From: Frankiaceae bacterium
GTDB taxonomy: Bacteria > Actinomycetota > Actinomycetes > JADGOV01
Assembly (NCBI GenBank): GCA_017882785.1
Contig: JADGOV010000002.1
Coordinates: 2,685 to 66,684 of the forward strand
DNA length: 64,000 nucleotides
Direction: 5' to 3'
Position numbers and translations under genes: made by a program
In this document: one piece after another, positions 29,364 through 39,200 of the stretch
How the letters are laid out: each line of letters opens with the position of its first letter
How positions within the stretch are numbered: the stretch's first letter is position 1
The notes under the pieces: generated by a model
The model's input: only the letters and a program-made list of their open reading frames with translations
The model's database searches: none
Told to the model about the DNA's origin: nothing

Positions 29364-30337
29364 CGGACGCCCTGAGCGGCCAGCGCCCCGGCCAAGCGGT
29401 AGAGCCCCCCGAGGTCGACCCCGCCCTCGAGCAGCGGCAACTCGTAGGTGGGCCGGTCCACCCTTGCCAGCTCGTCGCGTTCGGTCTCCTCCAGGGCCAC
29501 CCGTTGCGCGTGGTCGACCGCCTCGGCCACCAAGCCCTCCTCGATCGAGGGTGATTTCGGCAGCCCGCCGGCGCGCAGTCCGCGGCGCAGCTCCGCCGTG
29601 TCCAGTCGACCCTCGGCAACCGCCACCAGAGCGTCCGCCGGCAGTATCGGCTCCCGGGTCATGTTGACGATCACGGCTCCGACCGGCAGCCCCGCCTTGG
29701 TCAGTTGGCCGACGGCGTCCACGGTCTCCTGCACGGGCATCTCCTCCAGCAGGGTCACCAGGTGGACCGCCGTGTGCGCGGAGGCCAGCAAAGTCATGAC
29801 GCTCTGTGCCTGGGAGTGGATCGGGCCCATCCGGGCAAGTCCGACCACCTCGCTGTTGACGTTGAGGAACCGGGCGATGCGCCCCGTGGGCGGGGCGTCC
29901 ATCACCACCGCGTCATAGGCCGGCCGGCCGCCCTCGCGGCGGATCACGGCTTCCTTGATCTTGCCGGTGACCAGCACGTCGGCGATCCCGGGTGCAATGG
30001 TGGTGGCGAAATCGATGGCGCCCATCTTCTTCAACGCCCGGCCGGCGCGCCCGAGCTTGTAGAACATGTCGAGATACTCCAGCAGCGCCTGCTCCGGCTC
30101 GACCGCCATGGCGAGCACGTCGCCACCGTGCGGGGCCACGGCCACCTCGCGTTCGTCGTAGCCCAGCGGCGGACAATCGAACAACTGGGCGATGCCCTGA
30201 CGGCCCTCCACCTCGGCGAGCAGCACCCGGCGCCCTCCGCCGGCGAGCGCCAGCGCGAGCGCGGCAGCGACTGTGGTCTTACCGGTGCCGCCCTTGCCCG
30301 AGACGACGTGCAGGCGTACGCCGGGGAAGTCACTCAT
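29360..30337 (-). CDS. ArsA/Get3-like P-loop ATPase (Rv3679-like)
   Basis: Walker A ([21 protein letters not shown]). Paired with the downstream paralogue. Confidence 0.85.
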   Translation of the reverse strand: MSDFPGVRLHVVSGKGGTGKTTVAAALALALAGGGRRVLLAEVEGRQGIAQLFDCPPLGYDEREVAVAPHGGDVLAMAVEPEQALLEYLDMFYKLGRAGRALKKMGAIDFATTIAPGIADVLVTGKIKEAVIRREGGRPAYDAVVMDAPPTGRIARFLNVNSEVVGLARMGPIHSQAQSVMTLLASAHTAVHLVTLLEEMPVQETVDAVGQLTKAGLPVGAVIVNMTREPILPADALVAVAEGRLDTAELRRGLRAGGLPKSPSIEEGLVAEAVDHAQRVALEETERDELARVDRPTYELPLLEGGVDLGGLYRLAGALAAQGVR

Positions 30338-30405
30338 CGCCTCTGACGATAGCTACTTGGTCGTGGTGAAACGGCCGACCACGGTGTCTGCTCTGCCACA
30401 CTTGA

Positions 30406-31407
30406 GTGATGGTGGTGGAAATCGTCGCCGTGGTCGTGGTGCTGCTGGTCATCGCGGCCATCGTCAGTGGCGTGCGCATCGTGCAGCAGTACGAGCGGGC
30501 AGTGGTGTTCCGGCTCGGTCGGGTGCTCACCGGTAGCCGGGCGCCCGGTCTGACGGTAGTGATCCCGTTCGTGGACCGGGTGCAGAAGGTCAACATGCAG
30601 ATCATCACCATGAGCGTCCCCGGCCAGGACGGCATCACCAAGGACAACGTCAGCGTCCGGGTGGACGCGGTGGTGTATTTCCGGGTGGTCGACCCGGTCA
30701 AGGCCGTGGTCAACGTGCAGAACTATATGTTCGCCGTTTCCCAGGTAGCGCAGACGTCGCTGCGCGCGGTGATCGGTCGCTCGGACATGGACGAGCTGCT
30801 GTCGGACCGGGATCGGATCAACTCCGAACTGCAGCGCATCATCGACGACCCCACCGAGGGGCCGTGGGGCGTCAAGATCGAGCGTGTCGAGATCAAGGAC
30901 GTGGCGCTGCCCGAGTCGATGAAGCGGTCCATGTCCCGCCAGGCCGAAGCCGAGCGGGAGCGCCGAGCGCGGGTGATTGCGGCGGACGGTGAGTTCCAGG
31001 CGTCGAAGAGGTTGGCCGAGGCAGCCAAGACGATGGCCGCCGACCCGGCCGCGCTGCAGCTGCGTCTGCTGCAGACCGTGGTCGACGTGGCGGCGGAGAA
31101 GAACAGCACGCTGGTCATGCCCTTCCCGGTCGAGATCTTGCGCTTCTTCGACCGGGCGGTCCCCGGCGTTCAGTCCGGCAGTGCGCCCTCGACCGCGCCA
31201 CCGGCGACGGACCTCGACCTGCCTCTGCCTGACCTACCCGACGTGCCGCCGGTGGAGGACCTGCCCGACGTGGAGGTCGAGGACTTCGACGGGCCGGCCG
31301 CCCTGCCGGCGTCGACCTTCACCCCCGCCGGCTCGCCCGCCGGTTCGGACTCCGTAACACCGGCGGGATCGGTGCCGGTCGTCGAGGAGGGCCGGCCGCG
31401 CCGCTGA
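30406..31407 (+). CDS. SPFH/band-7 (stomatin-like) membrane protein
   Basis: N-terminal TM segment, then IVQQYERAVVFRLGR...VDAVVYFRVVDP...ALQLRLLQT, and a Pro/Asp-rich tail. Confidence 0.85.
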   Translation: MMVVEIVAVVVVLLVIAAIVSGVRIVQQYERAVVFRLGRVLTGSRAPGLTVVIPFVDRVQKVNMQIITMSVPGQDGITKDNVSVRVDAVVYFRVVDPVKAVVNVQNYMFAVSQVAQTSLRAVIGRSDMDELLSDRDRINSELQRIIDDPTEGPWGVKIERVEIKDVALPESMKRSMSRQAEAERERRARVIAADGEFQASKRLAEAAKTMAADPAALQLRLLQTVVDVAAEKNSTLVMPFPVEILRFFDRAVPGVQSGSAPSTAPPATDLDLPLPDLPDVPPVEDLPDVEVEDFDGPAALPASTFTPAGSPAGSDSVTPAGSVPVVEEGRPRR

Positions 31408-31453
31408 CTTGCTGGGCTGGCTCACCGACCGGAAGGGTCGGTAGCCTGCCGGT

Positions 31454-31612
31454 ATGGCCATCTGGGAGTACGCCACGGTCCCACTGCTCGTGCACGCGAC
31501 CAAGCAGATCCTGGACAACTGGGGCGCGGACGGCTGGGAGCTCGTTGCCGTCGTGCCCGGTCCGGGCGGTGGTGACCAGCTGGTCGCCTACCTCAAGCGT
31601 GAGAAGGCGTGA
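31454..31612 (+). CDS. DUF4177-like small protein (Rv3678A-like), 52 aa, not in ORF track
   Basis: My own translation is MAIWEYATVPLLVHATKQILDNWGADGWELVAVVPGPGGGDQLVAYLKREKA*. It sits in the conserved position between the SPFH and RidA genes. Confidence 0.7.
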   Translation: MAIWEYATVPLLVHATKQILDNWGADGWELVAVVPGPGGGDQLVAYLKREKA

Positions 31613-31618
31613 CCCGCG

Positions 31619-32077
31619 TTGACCGCGGAGGAGAGGCTGGCTGAGCTCGGACTGCAGCTGCCAGCGGTGGCCAAACCGGTTGCCGCATATCTGCCTGCCG
31701 TGCGCAGCGGAAACCTGGTGTGGACCTCCGGGCAGCTGCCGTTCGTGGACGGTGTCCTGCTTGAGACGGGCAAGCTGGGTGTGGACCTCGACGCGCAGCG
31801 TGGCGCCGACCTGGCGCGCATCTGTGCGTTGAACGCCCTGGCGGCGGTGGCCGCGGAGGTCGGTGGGCTGCGCGGTGTGCGCCGCATCGTCAAGGTCGTC
31901 GGCTTCGTGGCCAGTGCTCCGGCCTTCACCGATCAGCCGACGGTGGTCAATGGCGCCAGCGAGCTGCTTGGGGCGGTACTCGGGGCGGCCGGCCAGCACG
32001 CTCGCAGCGCGGTCGGAGTAACCGCGTTGCCGCTGGACTCCCCGGTCGAGGTGGAGCTCCTCGCCGAGGTGGAGTGA
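31619..32077 (+). CDS. RidA/YjgF family protein
   Basis: Non-ATG start. The sequence (NLVWTSGQLP...VKVVGFV...ARSAVGVTALPLDSPVEVE) is typical of the RidA family. Confidence 0.8.
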   Translation: MTAEERLAELGLQLPAVAKPVAAYLPAVRSGNLVWTSGQLPFVDGVLLETGKLGVDLDAQRGADLARICALNALAAVAAEVGGLRGVRRIVKVVGFVASAPAFTDQPTVVNGASELLGAVLGAAGQHARSAVGVTALPLDSPVEVELLAEVE

Positions 32078-32102
32078 CCGACCACGTGGCGTCGGTTGCC
32101 GT

Positions 32103-32118
32103 GTGACCATACGGTCAC
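32103..32118. promoter_or_regulatory. perfect inverted repeat GTGACC-ATAC-GGTCAC, candidate ArsR-family operator
   Basis: Read directly. It ends 14 nt upstream of the ArsR-family start at 32132. Confidence 0.5.
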
Positions 32119-32131
32119 CTAAGTTGGACTG

Positions 32132-32449
32132 ATGGACGACGACCGCGTGTTCAAGGCGCTCGCGGACCCGACCCGTCGTCTGCTGCTCGACCGGCTCTTT
32201 GCCCGGGACGGCCGCACGCTCACAGAGCTGGCGGCCGAGGTGGACATGACGCGCTTCGGGGTGATGAAGCATCTGCGGGTGCTCGAAGACGCCGGGCTCG
32301 TCCTCACCCGCCGGTCGGGGCGGGAGAAGTTGCACCTTCTCAACCCGGTGCCGATCCGGCTCATCCATGACCGGTGGATCGACAAGTACACCGAGCGCCA
32401 CGTGTCGGCGCTCGCCGACCTCAAGTCCGAGCTCGAACAGGACCGATGA
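32132..32449 (+). CDS. ArsR/SmtB family transcriptional regulator
   Basis: FKALADPTRRLLLDRL...LTELAAEVDMTRFGVMKHLRVLEDAGLV winged-helix motif. Confidence 0.85.
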   Translation: MDDDRVFKALADPTRRLLLDRLFARDGRTLTELAAEVDMTRFGVMKHLRVLEDAGLVLTRRSGREKLHLLNPVPIRLIHDRWIDKYTERHVSALADLKSELEQDR

Positions 32450-32503
32450 CCACGACACCAGCCGGCGCCGGTTGCCGGGACGATCGAGGGGAATCGTACG
32501 GGC

Positions 32504-32965
32504 GTGATCTCCGTCGATGACTACCTCTGGTTCGTGGACGAGGCGCTGGAGGGCATGGTGGACATCCTCACCGGGCTCGGTGAGGAACTGGTGAACCGTG
32601 CACCGGACCTCCCGGGAGCCAACAGCCCCTACGCGGTGCTCACGCACTGCCTGGGCGTCATGGACTACTGGGCCGGGTACGTCGTCGCCGGCCGGGTGAT
32701 CTCCCGTGACCGCGGGTCGGAGTTCCGGGCCGCGGGTGCGGTGGCGGACCTGGTCGAAAGGACCCAGGAGGCGCGTCGGCGGCTGCAGGTTGACCTTGCG
32801 GGCCTCGACGCCTCGGCCCCACCGCGCGGTACGCCCGGGCGCCGGGACTCCGCTCTGCCCATCGGTCGGACCCAGGGTGGCGCGCTGCTGCACGTCTATG
32901 CGGAACTCGCCCAGCACCGGGGTCAGCTGGAGATCAGCCGGGATCTCCTTCGGGCAGGAGGGTGA
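32504..32965 (+). CDS. DinB-superfamily protein
   Basis: Four-helix-bundle-type sequence (VLTHCLGVMDYW...LHVYAELAQHRGQLEISRDLL) with a conserved His pattern. Confidence 0.65.
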   Translation: MISVDDYLWFVDEALEGMVDILTGLGEELVNRAPDLPGANSPYAVLTHCLGVMDYWAGYVVAGRVISRDRGSEFRAAGAVADLVERTQEARRRLQVDLAGLDASAPPRGTPGRRDSALPIGRTQGGALLHVYAELAQHRGQLEISRDLLRAGG

Positions 32966-33065
32966 AGGTCCTACCGCCGCCCCGGGCCGGGCGGGCACGA
33001 GCGGGTACGGTGTCGGCAGTCGGCGGCGACCGGCAGCCACCGGGACGGACGAGGGTGGCGAGGGC

Positions 33066-33920
33066 GTGCGCAACACGACGTCCGGCTCAGGGTCCGGCTC
33101 AGGGTCCGGCTCAGGGTCCGGTGCAACCCCGCGTGACGTAACGCCGCGCTCGACCCGCCGGGTGTTCCTGCGCCGGGGAGCACTCGGCGGCGGTGCGGTC
33201 CTCGCTGCGGCGGGCGCAGACTTCGTCCTGGGTGCGCCGGCGTCCGCGGTGAAGGCGCCATCTGTAGCCGTCACCTCCTCGATGGGGCCGACCTTCCCCG
33301 ATTCACGGCTACGCGAGACTCGCGTGCTCTGGCAGGCCCGCACCGACCGACGGCTGGTCGCGCTCACCTTCGACGACGGGCCGCAGCCGGACTACACCGA
33401 AGGCGTCATCGAGGTGCTGCGCCGCTACCGGGTGCGGGCGACCTTCAACCTGGTCGGCCGACGGATCGTCGCCCACCCCGACCTGGTGGGCCGTGAGCTC
33501 GCCGATCGGCACGAGCTCGGCAACCACACGTGGCGGCATGCCAACCTCCCGCTGGAGTCTCCGGCCCGGGTACGGGAGGAACTGCAGCGCACCCACGACC
33601 TGATAGAGCGCCTGACCGGGCGCCCGCCGCGCACCCTGCGGCCCCCGTACGGGAATCTCTCCGGCGACGCCCTCAAGGCGGCGGCCGAGCTCGGCTATGA
33701 CGTCGTCGGTTGGTCGGTGAAGTTCCACGAGGACCTCTTCGACGCTGCCGGCAACGCCGCCTACGTGGCGGCGCACCTCGCGCCCGGATCGGTCATCCTC
33801 GCCCACGACACCGGCAACCGGAGTCGGCTGCAGGACCTCCTCGCCTTGCCCGCGTTGATCGAGGCCGCCCGCCGGCAGGACTACGAGTTCGTCACGGTCT
33901 CCGAGCTGCTCTCCGCCTGA
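33066..33920 (+). CDS. Tat-exported polysaccharide deacetylase (CE4/NodB)
   Basis: Twin-arginine signal (STRRVFLRRGALGGGAVLAAAGA) and NodB motifs (LTFDDGP, HTWRH, LRPPYG). GTG 33066 is the nearest in-frame start upstream of the RR motif. Confidence 0.75.
   Translation: MRNTTSGSGSGSGSGSGSGATPRDVTPRSTRRVFLRRGALGGGAVLAAAGADFVLGAPASAVKAPSVAVTSSMGPTFPDSRLRETRVLWQARTDRRLVALTFDDGPQPDYTEGVIEVLRRYRVRATFNLVGRRIVAHPDLVGRELADRHELGNHTWRHANLPLESPARVREELQRTHDLIERLTGRPPRTLRPPYGNLSGDALKAAAELGYDVVGWSVKFHEDLFDAAGNAAYVAAHLAPGSVILAHDTGNRSRLQDLLALPALIEAARRQDYEFVTVSELLSA
33081..33121. repeat. 12-bp tandem repeat (tccggctcaggg x3.4) encoding (SG)n
   Basis: Read directly. It lies in the n-region of the predicted Tat signal peptide. 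Confidence 0.9.
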
Positions 33921-34432
33921 ACACCCGCCCGGGTCACGATGCCGCGCAGATACGCCGCCTGCCCGGCGTGCTGGAGGTCGTCGGCGATGATGCTCACCAG
34001 CCGTACGCCAAGGGTGACGGGGGGATCCCACCTCTCGTCGACGACCCGCGACAGGTCCTCATCGCGTAGGCGCTCGACATAGCGGACAGTCACCGCGTGG
34101 ACGGCGTCGTAGTAGCCGGTGAGCAGCAGCGGGCTGTCGACCCGGACCGCGGCCACCTCCTCGGGGGTCTGCCCGTACCCCGTCGCCGTCGGGTCGAACG
34201 GCAGCCCGAAGCGGCCGGTCCAGCCCGCCGAGGTCCAGACCTGCTCTGCCTGCGCGGCGTCGGCGATGTGGTCGTCCTGGATACGGGCCAGGTGCCACAC
34301 CAACCACGCGATGGAGTTCGCCTCGAGGTCCGCTCGGTGGGCGAGCTCTTGGGCCGTCAGCCCGTCGACGGCGGCAGACACCGCCTCCTTGATCCGGCCG
34401 AATGCGTCGACCAGCACCTCTGCACTGCTCAC
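33881..34432 (-). CDS. DinB/DUF664-like protein
   Basis: GTG 34432 with GGAGGA 7 nt upstream. WLVWHLARIQDDHI...DDLQHAGQAAYLRG His pattern. The 3' end overlaps the deacetylase by 40 nt. Confidence 0.7.
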   Translation of the reverse strand: MSSAEVLVDAFGRIKEAVSAAVDGLTAQELAHRADLEANSIAWLVWHLARIQDDHIADAAQAEQVWTSAGWTGRFGLPFDPTATGYGQTPEEVAAVRVDSPLLLTGYYDAVHAVTVRYVERLRDEDLSRVVDERWDPPVTLGVRLVSIIADDLQHAGQAAYLRGIVTRAGVQAESSSETVTNS

Positions 34433-34567
34433 CTGCGTTCCTCCTTGGTAACAGGGCCCCCGAAGTGACCTCGGCGAGTCAGCCGCGGCCGCGCGTTCAT
34501 CCTGCCCGGTGCCGTCCGCGACTGCCTGGGCCGGTGCCGGTGCCGTCGGGCGGCCTACCATCGCGGC

Positions 34568-35428
34568 ATGAGCGGGAATGCCGCGTACGGCGAGCGGCGA
34601 TTGCCGCCGGAGTTCGCCGACCGGGCGCGCGCCGCCGCCGGCGGCCACGTCGAGGCCGTGCCGGCCCGGGATTCCGCGACCGTCGTCCTGTTGCGGGACA
34701 CGCGGGACGGCATACAGGCCTACCTGCTCCGCCGGGTGAGCTCGATGGCCTTTGCCGCGGGCATGCATGTCTTCCCCGGCGGTTCGGTCGACCCCCGCGA
34801 CCTCACACTTCCCGAGTCGTGCTGGGCCGGGCCGCCGGCCACCGCGTGGGCGCGGGTCCTCACCGCCGAGCCAGGGTTGGCTCGGGCGCTGGTCTGCGCG
34901 GCGGTCCGGGAAACCTTCGAGGAGTCGGGCGTGGTGCTGGCCGGGCCATCCGCCAACGAGGTGGTCACCGACGCGACCGACGACAGCTGGGAGGCCGATC
35001 GGCTGGCGCTGCTTGACCGGTCCCGCTCGCTCAACGCAGTCCTCACCCGACGGCAGTTGGTGCTGCGGGCAGACCTGCTCCGGCCGTGGGCGCACTGGAT
35101 CACCCCGGAGATCGAACCGCGCCGGTTCGACACGCGGTTCTTCATCGCCGCTTTGCCGACCGGGCAGCGGACGCGCCACGTCGGCGGCGAAGCCGACCGG
35201 GTGGAGTGGCTGACGCCGCGGGAGGCGCTGGATCGGGCCGTGGCCGGGGATGTCGGTCTGCTGCCACCCACCGCGTTCACCTTGGCCGAGCTGACCGGGT
35301 ACCCGGACGTTGCGGCCGTACTGGCCGCGGCAGAGGCCCGCGACATCCGCCCCACGCTGCCGCGAGTGGTGATGAGTGGCGCGGATGCGATCGTGCTGTT
35401 ACCCGGCGAACCGGGCTACCCGGCGTGA
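34568..35428 (+). CDS. NUDIX hydrolase
   Basis: Nudix box remnant (GGSVD...AAVRETFEESGV). The stop overlaps the next start (GTGA). Confidence 0.7.
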   Translation: MSGNAAYGERRLPPEFADRARAAAGGHVEAVPARDSATVVLLRDTRDGIQAYLLRRVSSMAFAAGMHVFPGGSVDPRDLTLPESCWAGPPATAWARVLTAEPGLARALVCAAVRETFEESGVVLAGPSANEVVTDATDDSWEADRLALLDRSRSLNAVLTRRQLVLRADLLRPWAHWITPEIEPRRFDTRFFIAALPTGQRTRHVGGEADRVEWLTPREALDRAVAGDVGLLPPTAFTLAELTGYPDVAAVLAAAEARDIRPTLPRVVMSGADAIVLLPGEPGYPA

Positions 35429-36225
35429 GCGGCGGCGGGACCATCGGTCGAGTCAACTCGCCGGTCGAACTGGCGGCCGGTGTGACGCTGGTCCGGGCAC
35501 CGAACCCGGGCCCGATGACCCTGGACGGAACCAACACCTTCATCCTCGACGCCCCCGGTGGCGCCCTGGTCGTCGACCCTGGGCCCATCGACCCGGAGCA
35601 CCTCTCGGTGGTCGCCGCGGTGGCGTCGGTGAGTGCCATCCTGCTGACCCACGGTCACCTCGACCACAGCGGCGGAGCAGCCATGCTCGCGGAGCTGACC
35701 GGCGCGCCGGTTCTGGCGCGTCACCCCGCCCATGGCGCCCCGCTGCCGGGCCACGGACAGACCTTGGCCGGCGTGCTGGAGGTGGTCGACGCGCCGGGAC
35801 ACACTGCGGACAGCGTCTGCTTTCGCTACCGCACCCGGGATCCCGACGGAGCCGCTCGGGAGTACCTGCTCACCGGCGACACCGTGCTGGGTCGCGGAAC
35901 CACGGTCGTCTCGCATCCCGACGGCCGGCTGGTGGACTACCTGCGCACGTTGGACACCCTGCGTGTCGTGATCGACCAATCCCCCCCGGACCGCCTCCTG
36001 CCCGGGCACGGCCCGATCCGGGAGGACCCGGCGGAGCTACTCGCGTTCTACCGCAGCCACCGGCTGGAGCGCTTGGCGCAGATCCGGGCCGCGCTCGACG
36101 CCGGTGATCGGAGCGTGGCGCAGGTCGTCCGTCGGGTGTACGCCGACGTCGACCACGTGCTCTGGCCGGCTGCCGAGCGCTCAGTGCGGGCTCAACTGGA
36201 CTATCTGAGCGAGACCCACGGGTGA
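35425..36225 (+). CDS. MBL-fold metallo-hydrolase (Rv3677c-like)
   Basis: HGHLDH motif and a later PGHT/PGHG His. GTG 35425 overlaps the NUDIX stop. Confidence 0.85.
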   Translation: MSGGGTIGRVNSPVELAAGVTLVRAPNPGPMTLDGTNTFILDAPGGALVVDPGPIDPEHLSVVAAVASVSAILLTHGHLDHSGGAAMLAELTGAPVLARHPAHGAPLPGHGQTLAGVLEVVDAPGHTADSVCFRYRTRDPDGAAREYLLTGDTVLGRGTTVVSHPDGRLVDYLRTLDTLRVVIDQSPPDRLLPGHGPIREDPAELLAFYRSHRLERLAQIRAALDAGDRSVAQVVRRVYADVDHVLWPAAERSVRAQLDYLSETHG

Positions 36226-39200
36226 GTATGCAGCCGGGGTGGGGACGAGTGCAGCGCACCGACGGTGCGGCGGGCGTGGTCCGGCGCCCGATGCCGGTGC
36301 GGTGTCCGGTCTGCGGCACCCCGCCGGTCTTCCGCGCCCGCTACTGCTTCGCCTGTGGGGCCAGCCTCTACGTGTCGGTAGAGGCCGCCGAGGCAACCGT
36401 GGAGCGGCGGATTGTCACTGTCCTTTTCGGGGACCTCTCCGACTTCACCGCCTGGGCTGAGGATCTCGACCCGGAGCGGGTCGGTTCGGTCACCGATCGG
36501 GTGCTGGCCGCGCTGGCCACCGCCGTCGAGGATCTCGGTGGTCACGTCGACAAGCTCACCGGGGACGGCATCATGGCCGTGTTCGGCGCGCCGATCGCCC
36601 ACGAGGACGACCCGGAGCGTGCGATCCGGGCGGCCGCCCGCATGCAGCAGGACGTCCGTCGCCTTCTCGAGGACGAAGTGGGCGGTGGGCGCCGACTCGG
36701 ACTGCGGGTCGGGCTGAACACCGGCGAGGTGCTCGCCGGGGTGCAGGCGGCGATGGCGTACACGGTCGTCGGAGACACCGTGAACACCGCATCCCGGCTC
36801 GCGGACGCGGCCCGGATCGGAGCCATTTTCGCGGGGCGGCGCACCGCGGAGGCAACGCGGGAAGCCGCGTCCTGGCGGGCGCTCAGCCCGCTGCGGCTGC
36901 GCGGCAAGCGGACCCCGGTGTCGGCCTTCGAGCTCGTCGCGTTGCGGCCGCCGACGGCGGTCCGGCTCGGGCTTGGTGATGAGGCCCGATTCCTCGGCCG
37001 GGACGGCGAGCTGGCATCGCTCGTCGCCCGGCTGCTCGAGTGCGCCGAGCGGGGTGAACCGGCTTCGGTGTTGGTCACCGGGGATGCCGGCATCGGCAAG
37101 ACACGGCTGATCACCGAGCTGATCCGGGTGACCGAGGAGCGGCCGGACACCCACGTGCTCCGGGGGCGCTGCACGCCCTACGGCGAGGGCCGGGATCTGG
37201 CGCCCGTGCTGGACTGGGTACGGACCGCTGCCGGCATTGGCGAGGGAAGTGAGCCGGCGGTGGCGTGGACCCGGCTGCGCCGCACCGTCGCTCGGCTGTG
37301 GCTGCCGGATCGACTGCCGGTGAGCGCGGTCACCGAGGCGTTGGCTGCCCTGCTGGGGCTCAGCGAGCCCCAGGCACCACAGCCGCGGGACACCGTCACC
37401 CCGGGCGGCACCGCCGGCCTGGACGACCCACTGCTCGAGGGTGTGGCCGCGTTGATGGACGGCTTGGCGCGTAGTGGACCCTTGCTGCTCGTGCTCGACG
37501 ACCTGCAGTGGGGGAGCCCGGAACTACAGGCCACTGTCGGCGCCGTCATGTCCCGGCTATCCGGCCCCGTGCTCCTCCTCGGCGCCCTCCGCAGCGCTCA
37601 GCGCGACCCCCGCTCAGGGGTGATCGCCGATTGGTGGCGAAGGCTTCCTGCCCCCGACGTGCTGATTCTGGAACCCCTGGCCGAGGGCAGCAGCGAGCAG
37701 CTGCTCGGCGCCTACCTCGGCGGGGCGACGCTGGCCGAGGATGCCCGTCAGCTGCTGCTGTCCCGGGCGCAGGGCAACCCGTTCTTCCTCGAGGCGCTGC
37801 TGCACTGGCTGGTCGACCGGCGGCTGCTGGTCCGGACCGAGGGGGCGTGGCAGCTCGAGGGCCCACTGCCGGCCGACGTGCTGCCGGCCGGGGTGCAGTC
37901 CGTGCTGGCCGCCCGGATCGATGACCTGGACCCCGACGTCCGCGCCGTGCTCGGCGAAGCGGCCGTTATCGGCACCACGTTCTCGCGCAGCGCACTCGCC
38001 GCCATGCACGGTTCGGACGGGCCGCCGCTGGCCTCGGCGCTGAACGCCCTCATCGAGCGTGGGCTGGTCGTCGCGCCGACGGACCTGTCCGGCGGTGCCG
38101 GGTACGCCTTCACCCACCGGCTCACCAGGGACGTAGCGTACGAGCGGATGTCGAAGGGCGAGCGGGCTCGCCGGCACGCCGCCGTCGCCGCCTGGGCGCG
38201 GACCGAGATGCCGGGGACGCCGGGCGAGGTGGATGCCGTCGTCGCCGGCCATGCCGAGCGGGCGCTGGCCCTGGCTGCCGAGATGGGCCTCCCGGAGGAC
38301 GATCTCGCCTGGCAGGCGCGCCTGGTCGGCGCCGCGGCGCTCGGCCGGCTCGGTGATTTCGCCCTCGCGCGTGACGACGACCGCGCTGCCGACGGTTTCT
38401 TCTCGCGGGCGGCCGACGCCGGCGGCCAGGCGTTGTCGCCCCGGGACGGGCTGCGGCTGGTCGTCTCGCGATGCGCTGTCCGGGTGCGTCGCCACCACAG
38501 CTCGGGCGTGGAGGAGACCCTGCAGCCGGCGCTGGTCGCCACCGATCCGGCGATCAGGGCCGCCGCGTTGGTCGTCCTCGGGGATCTGCGCCGGCGGCGC
38601 GGGGAGGTGGATGCTGCCCGCCAGGCGTTCGTGTCCGCGCTGGCCGACGCGGGCGATAGCGGTACGGACCAGGTGATGGCTGAGGCGCTGCGTCACCTGG
38701 GGCTCCTGAACTACTCCGCGGGCCGACTGCTCGAGGCCGATGCCTGCTTCCGGGATGGTCTGCAGTTGGCCGAGCGCGTCGGTGACCGTCGTGGGGCCGG
38801 CTGGGCCCTGCAGCACCTGGCCTGGACGGCGACCACCCGTGGCCGGTACGCGGCCGCCGCCGCCGCGTTGGCGCAGGCGGGTGAGGTGTTCGCGGCGCTG
38901 GAGGACAGCGGTGGCCTGTCCTGGTGCGCGGGCACGGAGGCGTTTGTCCGCCTCCTGGCCGGCCGGTTGGCGGAGGCGCGGGAGTTGGCCAGCGGCCTCG
39001 TGCCCGTCGCCGAGGCTGTCGGCGAACGGTGGGGCGTGGCCGCCTGCTTGACGATCAGTGCGCACGCAGCAGCTGAATTGGGCGACACGGACGACGCGCT
39101 GCAGGATGCCATTGTGGCCCGGGACCGCTTCGCCGAGTTGCATGACACCTGGGGCCAGACCATGGCGATCATCGCGCTCGGCGTTGCGGTGCGCTGTTCG

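Noticed and set aside
32102-32118. Reading the palindrome TGTGACCATACGGTCAC as a Crp site
   Set aside because: The half-site spacing is GTGA-N8-TCAC, not the N6 of the TGTGA-N6-TCACA consensus. Its position directly in front of an ArsR-family gene fits an autoregulatory operator better.
31319-33367. 682-aa minus-strand ORF (similarly 37614-39542, 642 aa)
   Set aside because: It is antisense to RidA, ArsR, DinB and the deacetylase (the second ORF is antisense to the cyclase/STAND gene). The composition is low-complexity and basic.
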